Shown here: positions 55,791-64,000 of the stretch, piece by piece | Layout of the letters: each line of letters begins with the position of its first letter | Position numbering within the stretch: the first letter of the stretch is position 1 | DNA from: Patescibacteria group bacterium | GTDB taxonomy: Bacteria; Patescibacteriota; Patescibacteriia; GWA2-46-9 | Direction: 5' to 3' | Assembly (NCBI GenBank): GCA_041660005.1 | Contig: JBAZXG010000001.1 | Coordinates: forward strand, 158,565 to 222,564 | Length of the DNA stretch: 64,000 bases | Program-made: the position numbers and the translations under genes | Notes under the pieces: generated by a model | The model's database searches: none | The model's input: only the letters and a program-made list of their open reading frames with translations | Told to the model about the DNA's origin: nothing

Positions 55791-57224
55791 CTACGTACTC
55801 GTTGCGTCATGAAGTATAGGTGCCTCGGTATGTACAACGGGTATTTCCTCTTCCAGCTTATGCTTCACAATGCCAATAATTTTTTTGAAGTCAAAAGTTT
55901 CCTGCATGCCGGCTTCCATATCACGAATGATAACCGTGTGATCAACAATTTCTTTTTGCCCGATGATGATGGTGTAGCGCACACCCAAACGAGCCGCCAT
56001 TTCCATTTGCGGTTTTAGGCCGTCCTTAGAAAAATTTGCTGCAACGCGTACATCGCTCTTACGCAACTCTTCAAAAAGTTGCATCGCCTTTTTGCGAGCC
56101 GGTTGCGAAAGTTGTGCAATGAACACTTCTGGTCGCGGCGTCGGCGGCAATGGTACTTCACGCTCTTTCATTTTGAGAATTGTTGTCTCCATACCAAGAC
56201 CTAAACCAACGGCAGGAGTCGGTCGTCCGCCAAGTTCGGTAATAAGGTCGTCATAACGTCCACCGCCGGCGAGTGCTGTCTTCCCTTCTTCGTCATCAGC
56301 CGCCCACACTTCAAACACGGTGCGCGTATAATAGTCTAGACCGCGCACGAGATGCGGATTCAATACATAGGGCACATCAAGATCGTCGAGATATTCGAGC
56401 ATCTCCATAAAGTGCTCACGACAGGGGGTGCAGAGGTGATCAACAAATTGCGGTGCGTTGGCACGCAGCGCTCGGCACCCTTCTTCTTTGCAATCGAGGA
56501 CGCGTAACGGATTTTTAGCGAGCCGCCGTTCACAATCTTCACACAGTTCTTTGCGATGGTTGCGATAATACTCAAGAAGGACGCGACGATATGCCGGACG
56601 GCATTCTTTGTCGCCGATGGTATTCACTTGCAAGGCAACGGGTAGACCTAACGTCTGAAACAAATTCATCAGCATGAGCATCAGTGTCGCATCCATGGTC
56701 GGATGCCCCTCACCTATGATCTCGCATCCCCACTGATGGAACTGCCGTTGACGACCGTACTGCGGTCGCTGGTAGCGAAACATAGGTCCAATGAGATACC
56801 ACTTAACGGGTTGCGGCTGGTTCACCAGTCCATGCTGCAAGTAGGCACGAGCCATGCCGGCGGTCGGCTCCGGTCGTAGCGTCAGTGACTCGCCACCCTG
56901 GTCAGCAAAGCTGAACATTTCTTTTTCGACAATGTCGGTAACCTTGCCGACCGCTCGTTCAAAAAGCGATGTCGCTTCAACCATGGGCAAAGTGATTGGC
57001 TGAAAGCCATAGGTTTCGGCAATCTGTTCACAGGCGGCGGTGAGATAGCGCCAATAGGGTTGCTCTTCAGGCAAAATATCTCGGAATCCGCGTACTGTTT
57101 GCGGCAAACGCTTGTTGCGTACTGGCGCGGTAACGTCAGTAATATCTGCCGGATGCGTCAGTGCCGGAGCGACGTGCTTAACCTTTTTGGGTTTCATCTT
57201 GTCTTGTTTTTCCTTTTTTTCCAT
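55791..57224 (-). CDS. hisS: Histidine--tRNA ligase
   Basis: RGFRDILP, DIVEKEMF, LRPEPTA, GPMFRYQRPQ.GR.RQFHQ, LVRGLDYYTRTVFE, GGGRYD. Confidence 0.98.
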   Translation of the reverse strand: MEKKEKQDKMKPKKVKHVAPALTHPADITDVTAPVRNKRLPQTVRGFRDILPEEQPYWRYLTAACEQIAETYGFQPITLPMVEATSLFERAVGKVTDIVEKEMFSFADQGGESLTLRPEPTAGMARAYLQHGLVNQPQPVKWYLIGPMFRYQRPQYGRQRQFHQWGCEIIGEGHPTMDATLMLMLMNLFQTLGLPVALQVNTIGDKECRPAYRRVLLEYYRNHRKELCEDCERRLAKNPLRVLDCKEEGCRALRANAPQFVDHLCTPCREHFMEMLEYLDDLDVPYVLNPHLVRGLDYYTRTVFEVWAADDEEGKTALAGGGRYDDLITELGGRPTPAVGLGLGMETTILKMKEREVPLPPTPRPEVFIAQLSQPARKKAMQLFEELRKSDVRVAANFSKDGLKPQMEMAARLGVRYTIIIGQKEIVDHTVIIRDMEAGMQETFDFKKIIGIVKHKLEEEIPVVHTEAPILHDATST

Positions 57225-57228
57225 ACCT

Positions 57229-57831
57229 TTAACTACCTGCGGCAGGCAATAAGTTATAGCTAAAAACATGCAAACGATTGAACGGCCAGGCGCGTACCCA
57301 GACTCTTCCTATGATATAGCGGTCAGCCACCGGTCCAAAAACGCGAGAGTCAAGACTGGCGCCACGGTTGTCGCCCATGACGAAGTAGTGACCCTTTGGC
57401 ACGTCAACAGTAAATTCACCGGTCGTTTCAAGTCCAACCGGCAAAAACGGTTCAGCTAAAGCCACGGGCGAACCATTATTCGGTGGCGTTATGCTGAGGT
57501 GACCGCGAGAAATAGTAACCGTCTCCCCTGGTAGACCAATGATACGTTTAATAAAAAACTGACTTGGGTCGCGCGGATAACGAAAGACAACGATATCGCC
57601 GCGCGCTGGCTCTGAAAAACGGTACGAAAGCTCATCAATGAGCAAATACTCATTGTCATCAAAAGTCGGCTCCATGGACGCCCCCTTTACGTAAAAGGGC
57701 TGGACGATGTAGTAGCGAACCGGAAGAATAATAGCAAGGGATATCAAAACAACCTTCAGGAGCTCTACAATGAACTCGCCGAGTTCCCCGAATACTCTTA
57801 TTGTTGGCCGCTCATCTTTCAAAACAGGCAT
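57229..57831 (-). CDS. lepB: Signal peptidase I
   Basis: GASMEPT, FIKRIIGLPGE, FVMGDNRGASLDSR. Confidence 0.96.
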   Translation of the reverse strand: MPVLKDERPTIRVFGELGEFIVELLKVVLISLAIILPVRYYIVQPFYVKGASMEPTFDDNEYLLIDELSYRFSEPARGDIVVFRYPRDPSQFFIKRIIGLPGETVTISRGHLSITPPNNGSPVALAEPFLPVGLETTGEFTVDVPKGHYFVMGDNRGASLDSRVFGPVADRYIIGRVWVRAWPFNRLHVFSYNLLPAAGS

Positions 57832-57903
57832 AGTAATCGCTTATGATACACTAAAATAAGCGTTTTGACAAGCCTGCGAGCGACAAATGGTTCTTTCGAA
57901 TAA

Positions 57904-58785
57904 TCAAGAACCTTGTAGTGCAGCCGCTCCAAAAATAAACATGGCTGCCACTAAAATAACTGTAAGAAACGCCATAACAACAGAACCAACCACGAGGTAC
58001 TTTCGTAACTGCACATTTGATTCCGGCGCTACAGCAACCGGCAATGTCTTAAGACGCAGGTAAAGTACATAAAAATAACCGAGGAGGAGTGGTGTCAGCA
58101 ATAACTCAAGCGCGAAGTTAATGGCTTGAGCAATTCCGGGCTGATTAAAAACTCCGGTTAAAATTGCTCCGGGAATGGAGATAACAAAACTCAATAGAGC
58201 TAAAACAACGATGCGCCCGGCAACCGCCCACCAACGTCCCCGCACGTACTCACGGCTTGCTAAAAGTGCGGTAAAGCCATGCCGGTCTTCGCTGACCACA
58301 ACGTAAAGAGCCAATATAAACCAGACGGAAAGAATAATGCCTGGTACAACCAAAAGCAATACTCCCCCGAGCATAAGTAGCCCTGACAATATGGACACCC
58401 AGAGATATGGAAGGACAAACCGTCGAGACTCTCGATAAGCGTCGATGATACCACCACCGGTTGTACTGTCTGCCCCTTTCGCGAGCGTTACAACAACAGT
58501 GAGCGACGCCCAAAGCTGGGTAATACCAAGCGCAATAAAGGCAGCGACTTCAATAAGAATACTCAGGGCTAAACCAATGTAGTGCACTGTTGGCGTAGAA
58601 CTCACGGAAAGCCAAGAAGTGAACGACAACATACCAAGGAGCACAAAAATGCCAACAATGACGGCAAAAATTGCGGCCAATAACAGTGCTATAAGCCGTC
58701 CGAACTGCTTGCGATACAACGCTGCTGCTTCACGCAAAAGCTGCATGGATCCGGGAATAGATGCGTTCTCTTTTAAACCAAGCAT
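57904..58785 (-). CDS. Polytopic membrane protein (GDPD-membrane-domain-like / DUF975-like)
   Basis: About 7 TMs; LLLVVPGIILSVWF, ALLASREYVRGRWW. Confidence 0.65.
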   Translation of the reverse strand: MLGLKENASIPGSMQLLREAAALYRKQFGRLIALLLAAIFAVIVGIFVLLGMLSFTSWLSVSSTPTVHYIGLALSILIEVAAFIALGITQLWASLTVVVTLAKGADSTTGGGIIDAYRESRRFVLPYLWVSILSGLLMLGGVLLLVVPGIILSVWFILALYVVVSEDRHGFTALLASREYVRGRWWAVAGRIVVLALLSFVISIPGAILTGVFNQPGIAQAINFALELLLTPLLLGYFYVLYLRLKTLPVAVAPESNVQLRKYLVVGSVVMAFLTVILVAAMFIFGAAALQGS

Positions 58786-58898
58786 GAAAATTAAAATAAA
58801 AGGTGAATACCGATACCCTATTCTAGCATAAATGAGGTAAGGAATCACCTTGCCTGTAATTTCGTACGACTAAGCGTAACTAAAAAAGTAAACTGATT

Positions 58899-59501
58899 TC
58901 ATACAATCTGCGCTAAGTAGTAGTTGACATCTTTTTCTGGCGTTACCAGATAGGATACTCCCCCTAAATTCTCAAATAAAGCACACGCCTCCGGAGAGTT
59001 GTCGACGAGTAAACAATCTTTCAGCGATACTTCAAGCTTACGAGCGTATTCAACAAATAGTCCTCCTTCGTTGTCGGTTTTATGTTTCCTTTCACTGTGT
59101 GAGTTACTAATGAGATCAAAGTATTTTTCAAGTTGCAATGCTGGCACTGTAAAACGTGAAAAACTATCCATGTTTCCGGTCAGTAGCACAACCGTAAAAC
59201 GATCGCGCAAGGTATGTAACTTTTTGAGTGCCTGCTCTGAAACCTTCATCGTGCGGCAATCTTCAACAAACACGTTCCACAATTTTTCAAAAGGCACACC
59301 AATTTGACCAGCAACAAATTTGTTTACTTCTTCCGCTGTGTACTCCCCCTTCATCCAACCGTCGACCATGGTTCTGTCTTCCCCAAAAAGCAGCTTCTGT
59401 ATTTTTTCATTGTCTTCTGGTGGCAGGCTCCGCCAGTACCTGTCAAAGCAGAGCGTGCCGTCGAAATCACAAAATAAAATCGGTTTGGAAAATGGGGCCA
59501 T
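58899..59501 (-). CDS. HAD-superfamily hydrolase
   Basis: FCDFDGTL, LLTGN, K, LLVDNS. Confidence 0.85.
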   Translation of the reverse strand: MAPFSKPILFCDFDGTLCFDRYWRSLPPEDNEKIQKLLFGEDRTMVDGWMKGEYTAEEVNKFVAGQIGVPFEKLWNVFVEDCRTMKVSEQALKKLHTLRDRFTVVLLTGNMDSFSRFTVPALQLEKYFDLISNSHSERKHKTDNEGGLFVEYARKLEVSLKDCLLVDNSPEACALFENLGGVSYLVTPEKDVNYYLAQIV

Positions 59502-59515
59502 GTCGATTTAATCTA

Positions 59516-60046
59516 TTAGCTTATTGAAGGGCTTTTTCTATCAAGACGGTACATTCCAATCAGAATACCGAGTATACCTACTATCTGACTGAGAAGACCA
59601 GAATATGAATGCACAAAAAGTGTGTAGGGAATCCAAATGATACAGGTAATCAACATGTAAAAACGAATGTCAGCCGGACGGTTTTGTGACATTGCGCTCG
59701 TCCCTACGACAACACCAACGACCGGCAAAATAGTTATCCATCCTTGCCAAAAAATGAACAAGACAAAAACTGAAACAAAGACGACAAGATAAAACCATAT
59801 CCTATGGTCTGCCCATTTCTTTTTGGTCTTATTTACAAAAATGAGATTACGCCCAAGCGTTACCACACACATCACTGCACCTGCATACGCAGCAAGTAGC
59901 AAGTAATGGATCGTAAAAAACAGTAAACCTACAGATTGTAAAAGAAAGATATTGTTTCTGGTCTTTGCGTTCCATGTCAGTATGCCAAAAAGGAGTGCTA
60001 CGAGGCCAATGCTCTGAATAAACCAAAAGTCATGGAGTAGGTTCAT
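59516..60046 (-). CDS. YgjV-family inner membrane protein
   Basis: QSIGLVA, HYLLLAAYAGA, GRN, WIPY; multiple TMs. Confidence 0.75.
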   Translation of the reverse strand: MNLLHDFWFIQSIGLVALLFGILTWNAKTRNNIFLLQSVGLLFFTIHYLLLAAYAGAVMCVVTLGRNLIFVNKTKKKWADHRIWFYLVVFVSVFVLFIFWQGWITILPVVGVVVGTSAMSQNRPADIRFYMLITCIIWIPYTLFVHSYSGLLSQIVGILGILIGMYRLDRKSPSIS

Positions 60047-60068
60047 GGGAAAAATATGCAAGGATAAT

Positions 60069-60812
60069 TTATAGACCGAAAAGAAGTTTTATACCCAGCA
60101 CCGTTCCTATGCTGGCAAACATAATTTTAATAAATGTATTGCCTTTATACCTGCCGTATCGAGATCCCACATAACCACCAATAAGCGATCCAACCACAGT
60201 AGGAATCATAACTGGCAAACTAAAATACCCTTTTGAGACGAACACAGCCACCGCAAAAACTTCCCATAAAAACGCGACTGCATAGTAATAACCGAGAGCG
60301 TCAATAAAATCAAATCCTCTGGTTTTAAAGGTTACGATCGAAAACAGTATTCCATTACCAGAACCAAAAAATCCTTCGTAAAAACCTAAGACCGGGGCAA
60401 ATATATAAGCGATCGATTGTCTCAACCTTGAGTGAACCTTTGTTTCAGCAAGGCCAACGTTTTTATTAAGTAAGACGTAAGCAACTAAACTCAAAATCAA
60501 TATACCAATAATAACTCCGGCAATTCTTTGGTTAATAGCTACAACGACCAGCGTGCCGACATAAACTCCAACCAAGCCGATAATTGAGAACCAAATGAGA
60601 AACTGCCAATCAACATTTCTACCTTTGAAATAGTTGTACGACGCGGGCAAAACCCAAAACATTGAACTAACTTTTTGCGCCGCCGTAGCCAGAGGAAACG
60701 AAATGCCTAAAAAAAGCATCACCGGAATATATAAAACTGAAGCCCCACCACCTGACATGGAACTCAAAGCAGTGGCAACAAAAGACGTAAAGAGAATTAT
60801 GAAAAAGGTCAT
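60069..60812 (-). CDS. TauE/SafE (sulfite exporter-like) membrane protein
   Basis: SSMSGGGAS, GFYEGFFGSGNG; two-repeat 8-TM pattern. Confidence 0.85.
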   Translation of the reverse strand: MTFFIILFTSFVATALSSMSGGGASVLYIPVMLFLGISFPLATAAQKVSSMFWVLPASYNYFKGRNVDWQFLIWFSIIGLVGVYVGTLVVVAINQRIAGVIIGILILSLVAYVLLNKNVGLAETKVHSRLRQSIAYIFAPVLGFYEGFFGSGNGILFSIVTFKTRGFDFIDALGYYYAVAFLWEVFAVAVFVSKGYFSLPVMIPTVVGSLIGGYVGSRYGRYKGNTFIKIMFASIGTVLGIKLLFGL

Positions 60813-60934
60813 TATAATGATAGCGTTTTGATTCCTTGGGGCACTTCGATAAGTTATGGCACACTGTATGACTAATGGCTGTGCCATTCATAGCGCCAGC
60901 CCAAATTAACGGCACAAACTTGGATATTTTACAG

Positions 60935-61013
60935 CCATTCTTCGCTACCTCCTTCGCTGAAGCTACGGAAGGTCAAGAAAGCTACGAAGGGCATTCTTCG
61001 CTGGCGCGAAGAA
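60935..61013. repeat. Nested palindromic unit abutting the tRNA 3' end
   Basis: acctccttcgctgaagctacggaaggtcaag (60947-60977) resembles the 32-bp unit at 15786 and lies inside ttcttcgct|aagctacgaaggg. Confidence 0.75.
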
Positions 61014-61090
61014 TGGTGGGCGCGGGAGGATTCGAACCTCCGACCTTTCGAATGTGAATCGAACGCTCTAACCAACTGAGCTACGCGCCC
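61014..61090 (-). tRNA. tRNA-Val (CAC)
   Basis: gggcgcgtagctcagttggttagagcgttcgattCACattcgaaaggtcggaggttcgaatcctcccgcgcccacca; full cloverleaf with encoded CCA. Confidence 0.96.
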
Positions 61091-61164
61091 CAATACTAAA
61101 CTCCAACAGCTTGCTCCTATGCTCACGGCATTATATACTAGACCAACGAATTTGCAATTGATCA

Positions 61165-62655
61165 ATGGATAAACCCACTATTAATCTTCTCGACGCATCC
61201 AAGCGACCCGAAACGAAGCCTATCCCAGTACCGTTCATTCCCGCTCCTCGGAAACGACACAGGAGACGCGGTATGATTATTGCCGGCATCGTGCTCGTTG
61301 GCGCTGTTTTTTTATTAGCGAACGTCATTATTCCAGGTGCGCGTCTCAGTAAAACATTTGGTTCATCCGGACTCCTGCAGCAACTTACCCATCTGACATT
61401 CAGCGGTAGCCGCTCACTCGTTGGCGAACAAGATAACCGTATCAACATTCTACTCCTCGGAGTTGGCGGTGCTGGACATGACGGTGCCTACCTCACCGAC
61501 ACAACCATACTCGCCAGCATTGAACCGAGCACGTCACGTGTATCCCTCATCTCCCTTCCACGAGATCTTGTCATTCCCTACTCAGATGGTAGCTGGCGTA
61601 AGCTCAATGAAATTTACGTGACGGGTCAAAACACAAACTCGCACGACCCCGGCACGACAGCAGCAAACACGGTTGGTGCGTTTTTAAACATCGATATCCC
61701 CTACTATGTGCTCGTCGACTTCAACGGCTTCGAAAAAATGATTGACGCCGTTGGCGGTGTTAACGTATCGATTGACCGCACGTTTACCGACCCGAGTTTC
61801 CCGACACCAGGCGGTGAAGATGCCCCAAACTACAAAGATCGTGAAATGTCCGTCACCTTCACGGCTGGCTGGCAGCACCTCAATGGACAACGCGCACTCA
61901 TGTTTGCCCGTTCTCGTCATGGAAACAACGGAGAGGGCTCTGACTTTGCCCGTGCGCGGCGCCAACAAAAAATTCTCCTCGCTCTCAAAGACCGTGTCTT
62001 CAACTTCGGCGTCTTGTTGAATCCAATCACCATCAATCAACTAGCAAACGAACTCTCTGTTCACCTCAAAACAAACCTTGAACCCTGGCAAGCACTGCAT
62101 CTCTATGAACTAGCCAAAGACGTCAATACAGAGCAGGTCATTCGTGCGACAGTCGACGATAGCCCTAACAGTTTACTCGTCGGAGAAATTAATACGGACG
62201 GCGCTTATGTGCTGCGCCCCAAAGGCGGCAACTTTAATCGCATCCAAGAACTAGCACGAGACATCTTTCATAACGGTGAGCTCATCCAAGAACCGACGCG
62301 TGTCGAAATTTTGAACGGAACAAAAGTTAGTGGGCTCGCAACTGAAACAGCAAACCTCCTGGTGGCGCGCGGTTACAATGTGGTGCACACTGGCAATGCT
62401 GATGATCAAACGGTTCTAAAAACAACTATCTACGACTACACGAGTGGCGCTCGCCCAACGTCGCTCGCTGCGTTACGCGTACTCTTAAACGCAGAAGTTG
62501 CCGCAACTGTCCCCGATTGGCTCATTCCAACCGTCAGTACGGTTGACCCGAACGCTACATCTTTCACAGCGCCACCTTTGTCCTCTAAGGCAGATTTTGT
62601 CATCATTATAGGGAAAGACCGATCAGGATCCAGTCAAACGGTAACAACCCCTTAA
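61165..62655 (+). CDS. LCP (LytR-CpsA-Psr) family protein with C-terminal LytR_C domain
   Basis: INILLLG, LTDT, SLPRDL, ARSRH, SDFARARRQQ, VEILNGT..SGLA. Confidence 0.92.
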   Translation: MDKPTINLLDASKRPETKPIPVPFIPAPRKRHRRRGMIIAGIVLVGAVFLLANVIIPGARLSKTFGSSGLLQQLTHLTFSGSRSLVGEQDNRINILLLGVGGAGHDGAYLTDTTILASIEPSTSRVSLISLPRDLVIPYSDGSWRKLNEIYVTGQNTNSHDPGTTAANTVGAFLNIDIPYYVLVDFNGFEKMIDAVGGVNVSIDRTFTDPSFPTPGGEDAPNYKDREMSVTFTAGWQHLNGQRALMFARSRHGNNGEGSDFARARRQQKILLALKDRVFNFGVLLNPITINQLANELSVHLKTNLEPWQALHLYELAKDVNTEQVIRATVDDSPNSLLVGEINTDGAYVLRPKGGNFNRIQELARDIFHNGELIQEPTRVEILNGTKVSGLATETANLLVARGYNVVHTGNADDQTVLKTTIYDYTSGARPTSLAALRVLLNAEVAATVPDWLIPTVSTVDPNATSFTAPPLSSKADFVIIIGKDRSGSSQTVTTP

Positions 62656-62657
62656 AC

Positions 62658-64000
62658 ATGGCACATTCCACCCTAAAACCAGTACGTGTAGCACTTGTTG
62701 GGAGGGTGAACGTAGGAAAATCAACACTCTTTAACCGCCTCGTTGGTGATCGACTGGCGCTTACCTCCCCTATTCCGGGAACCACCAGAGACCGCCGTGA
62801 GGGCGACGTCACCTGGCGAGGAGAGACGTTTACGCTTATTGATACGGGCGGCGTTGAAGTACCGGGGCAAACAACGGCAGCTACACGCGACGACCTTACC
62901 GCCCGCATCACCGAACAAACTGAAGCGGCGCTTGTCGGTGCACAAATCGCTATTCTCGTAACGAGCGCTACCGATGGCGTGTTGCCGCAGGACAAAAGTT
63001 GGGCGCGAGCATTAGCTGGGCGACTACCAACATTACTCGTTGTCAACAAAGCAGACAGCAACATTCGAGCTGAACGAGCTGCAGAATTTTTTTCTCTTGG
63101 ACTCGGCGAACCGCATGCCGTGTCCGCAGTATCGGGAAGAAGCACGGGCGATATGCTCGACGCACTCTTGACGGTCATGGCAACCTTACCGCGCGAACGC
63201 CAAAGCACCGCCACCGTCAAAGCGGTGCCCGGCATCAAGCTTGCCATTATTGGCCAGCCCAATAGCGGCAAGTCTTCCCTCCTTAATGCTATTGTCGGAG
63301 AAGAGCGTTTCATTACGAGCCCCAAAGCCCACACCACGCGTGAACCGCAAGATTTTCCCTTCACTTATTTTGGACAACGCCTCATACTCATTGACACTGC
63401 TGGCATCCGCCGACAGTACCAACAAACCCGCGGCATTGAACGCTTAGGGGTTACGGCTTCTCTCAAAACCGTTAACCGTGCTGATGTGGTACTCCTTATT
63501 ATTGACGCCACAAAAGAACCGAGCTTCCAAGACCAACGACTGGCGAGTATGGTTGCCGAAGAAGGTCGCGGGCTCATTATTGTCATCAACAAGTGGGACC
63601 TCGTTACTCCTAAAACTGCTGCCACACCTGCGGAAATTACGCGCCTATTCCGCAATCGTTTGCCGGGTCTAGACTGGGCGCCGCTCGCTTTTGTTTCAGC
63701 AAAAACAAAACAGCGCGTGCGTAACCTTCTCGACATGGCAATTACGATCGCTGCAGAAAGACGAAAAAAAATAGACGACGTAACGATGCGAGATTTTGCC
63801 GCAAACGCAGTTCGCCAGCATCGACCAGCGCGCGGCGGCGGGGTCAAGCATCCGCAGCTCATCGACTTTGTGCAAACCGGCAGCCAACCTCCAACGTTTA
63901 AGTTAACGATAGCCGGAGAACTGCACCCTTCCTACCTGCGCTTTTTAGAAAATCGTCTACGTGAGGCCTACGGCTTTGTCGGCACACCCATTAAACTCCA
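62658..64000 (+). CDS. der: Ribosome biogenesis GTPase Der/EngA (runs off the window end; absent from the ORF track)
   Basis: ATG 62658; GRVNVGKSTLFNRL, GTTRDR, DTGG, NKAD; second domain GQPNSGKSSLLN, DTAG, NKWD; YLRFLENRLREAYGFVGTPI. Confidence 0.95.
   Translation, partial: MAHSTLKPVRVALVGRVNVGKSTLFNRLVGDRLALTSPIPGTTRDRREGDVTWRGETFTLIDTGGVEVPGQTTAATRDDLTARITEQTEAALVGAQIAILVTSATDGVLPQDKSWARALAGRLPTLLVVNKADSNIRAERAAEFFSLGLGEPHAVSAVSGRSTGDMLDALLTVMATLPRERQSTATVKAVPGIKLAIIGQPNSGKSSLLNAIVGEERFITSPKAHTTREPQDFPFTYFGQRLILIDTAGIRRQYQQTRGIERLGVTASLKTVNRADVVLLIIDATKEPSFQDQRLASMVAEEGRGLIIVINKWDLVTPKTAATPAEITRLFRNRLPGLDWAPLAFVSAKTKQRVRNLLDMAITIAAERRKKIDDVTMRDFAANAVRQHRPARGGGVKHPQLIDFVQTGSQPPTFKLTIAGELHPSYLRFLENRLREAYGFVGTPIKL

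Noticed and set aside
62606-63887. Minus-strand ORFs 62606-63364 and 63365-63862
   Set aside because: Antisense shadows of der, which is clear on the + strand

Overview
Bacterial chromosome segment whose gene content and style suggest Patescibacteria/CPR. This is an inference from the DUF5666/DUF5667-ECF module, ComEC lacking its beta-lactamase domain, giant pilin-anchored proteins, and mostly SD-less core genes. (1) 1-24.5 kb is an accessory mosaic: ECF sigma/anti-sigma module, degenerate MsrB, tandem-LuxR regulator, SDR, CorC/HlyC, TerC, ABC transporter, ABC-F, two stand-alone cysteine desulfurases, SOD, and several GC-rich single-gene orphan cassettes, two of which share an identical 71-bp 3' element and the C-terminus STPAE. 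(2) 24.6-29.6 kb is a complete sufBCDS(U-T) operon. (3) 29.5-58.8 kb is a long minus-strand run: lepB, hisS, rpsU, yqeY, a four-gene surface locus, ybeY, dgkA, ftsA, ftsZ, nrdR, ogt-like, htrA, frameshifted prfB, comEC. The surface locus comprises two proteins with near-identical VirB2/TrbC-like pilin N-termini (one is 4217 aa) plus two TSP3-repeat membrane proteins. (4) The window ends with an AT-rich islet next to tRNA-Val(CAC), an LCP protein and a truncated der. Intergenic DNA carries a family of nested palindromic elements seen in empty, singly filled and multiply filled states. No CRISPR array, rRNA, transposase or integrase was recognised. All domain calls come from motif reading by eye, not database searches.
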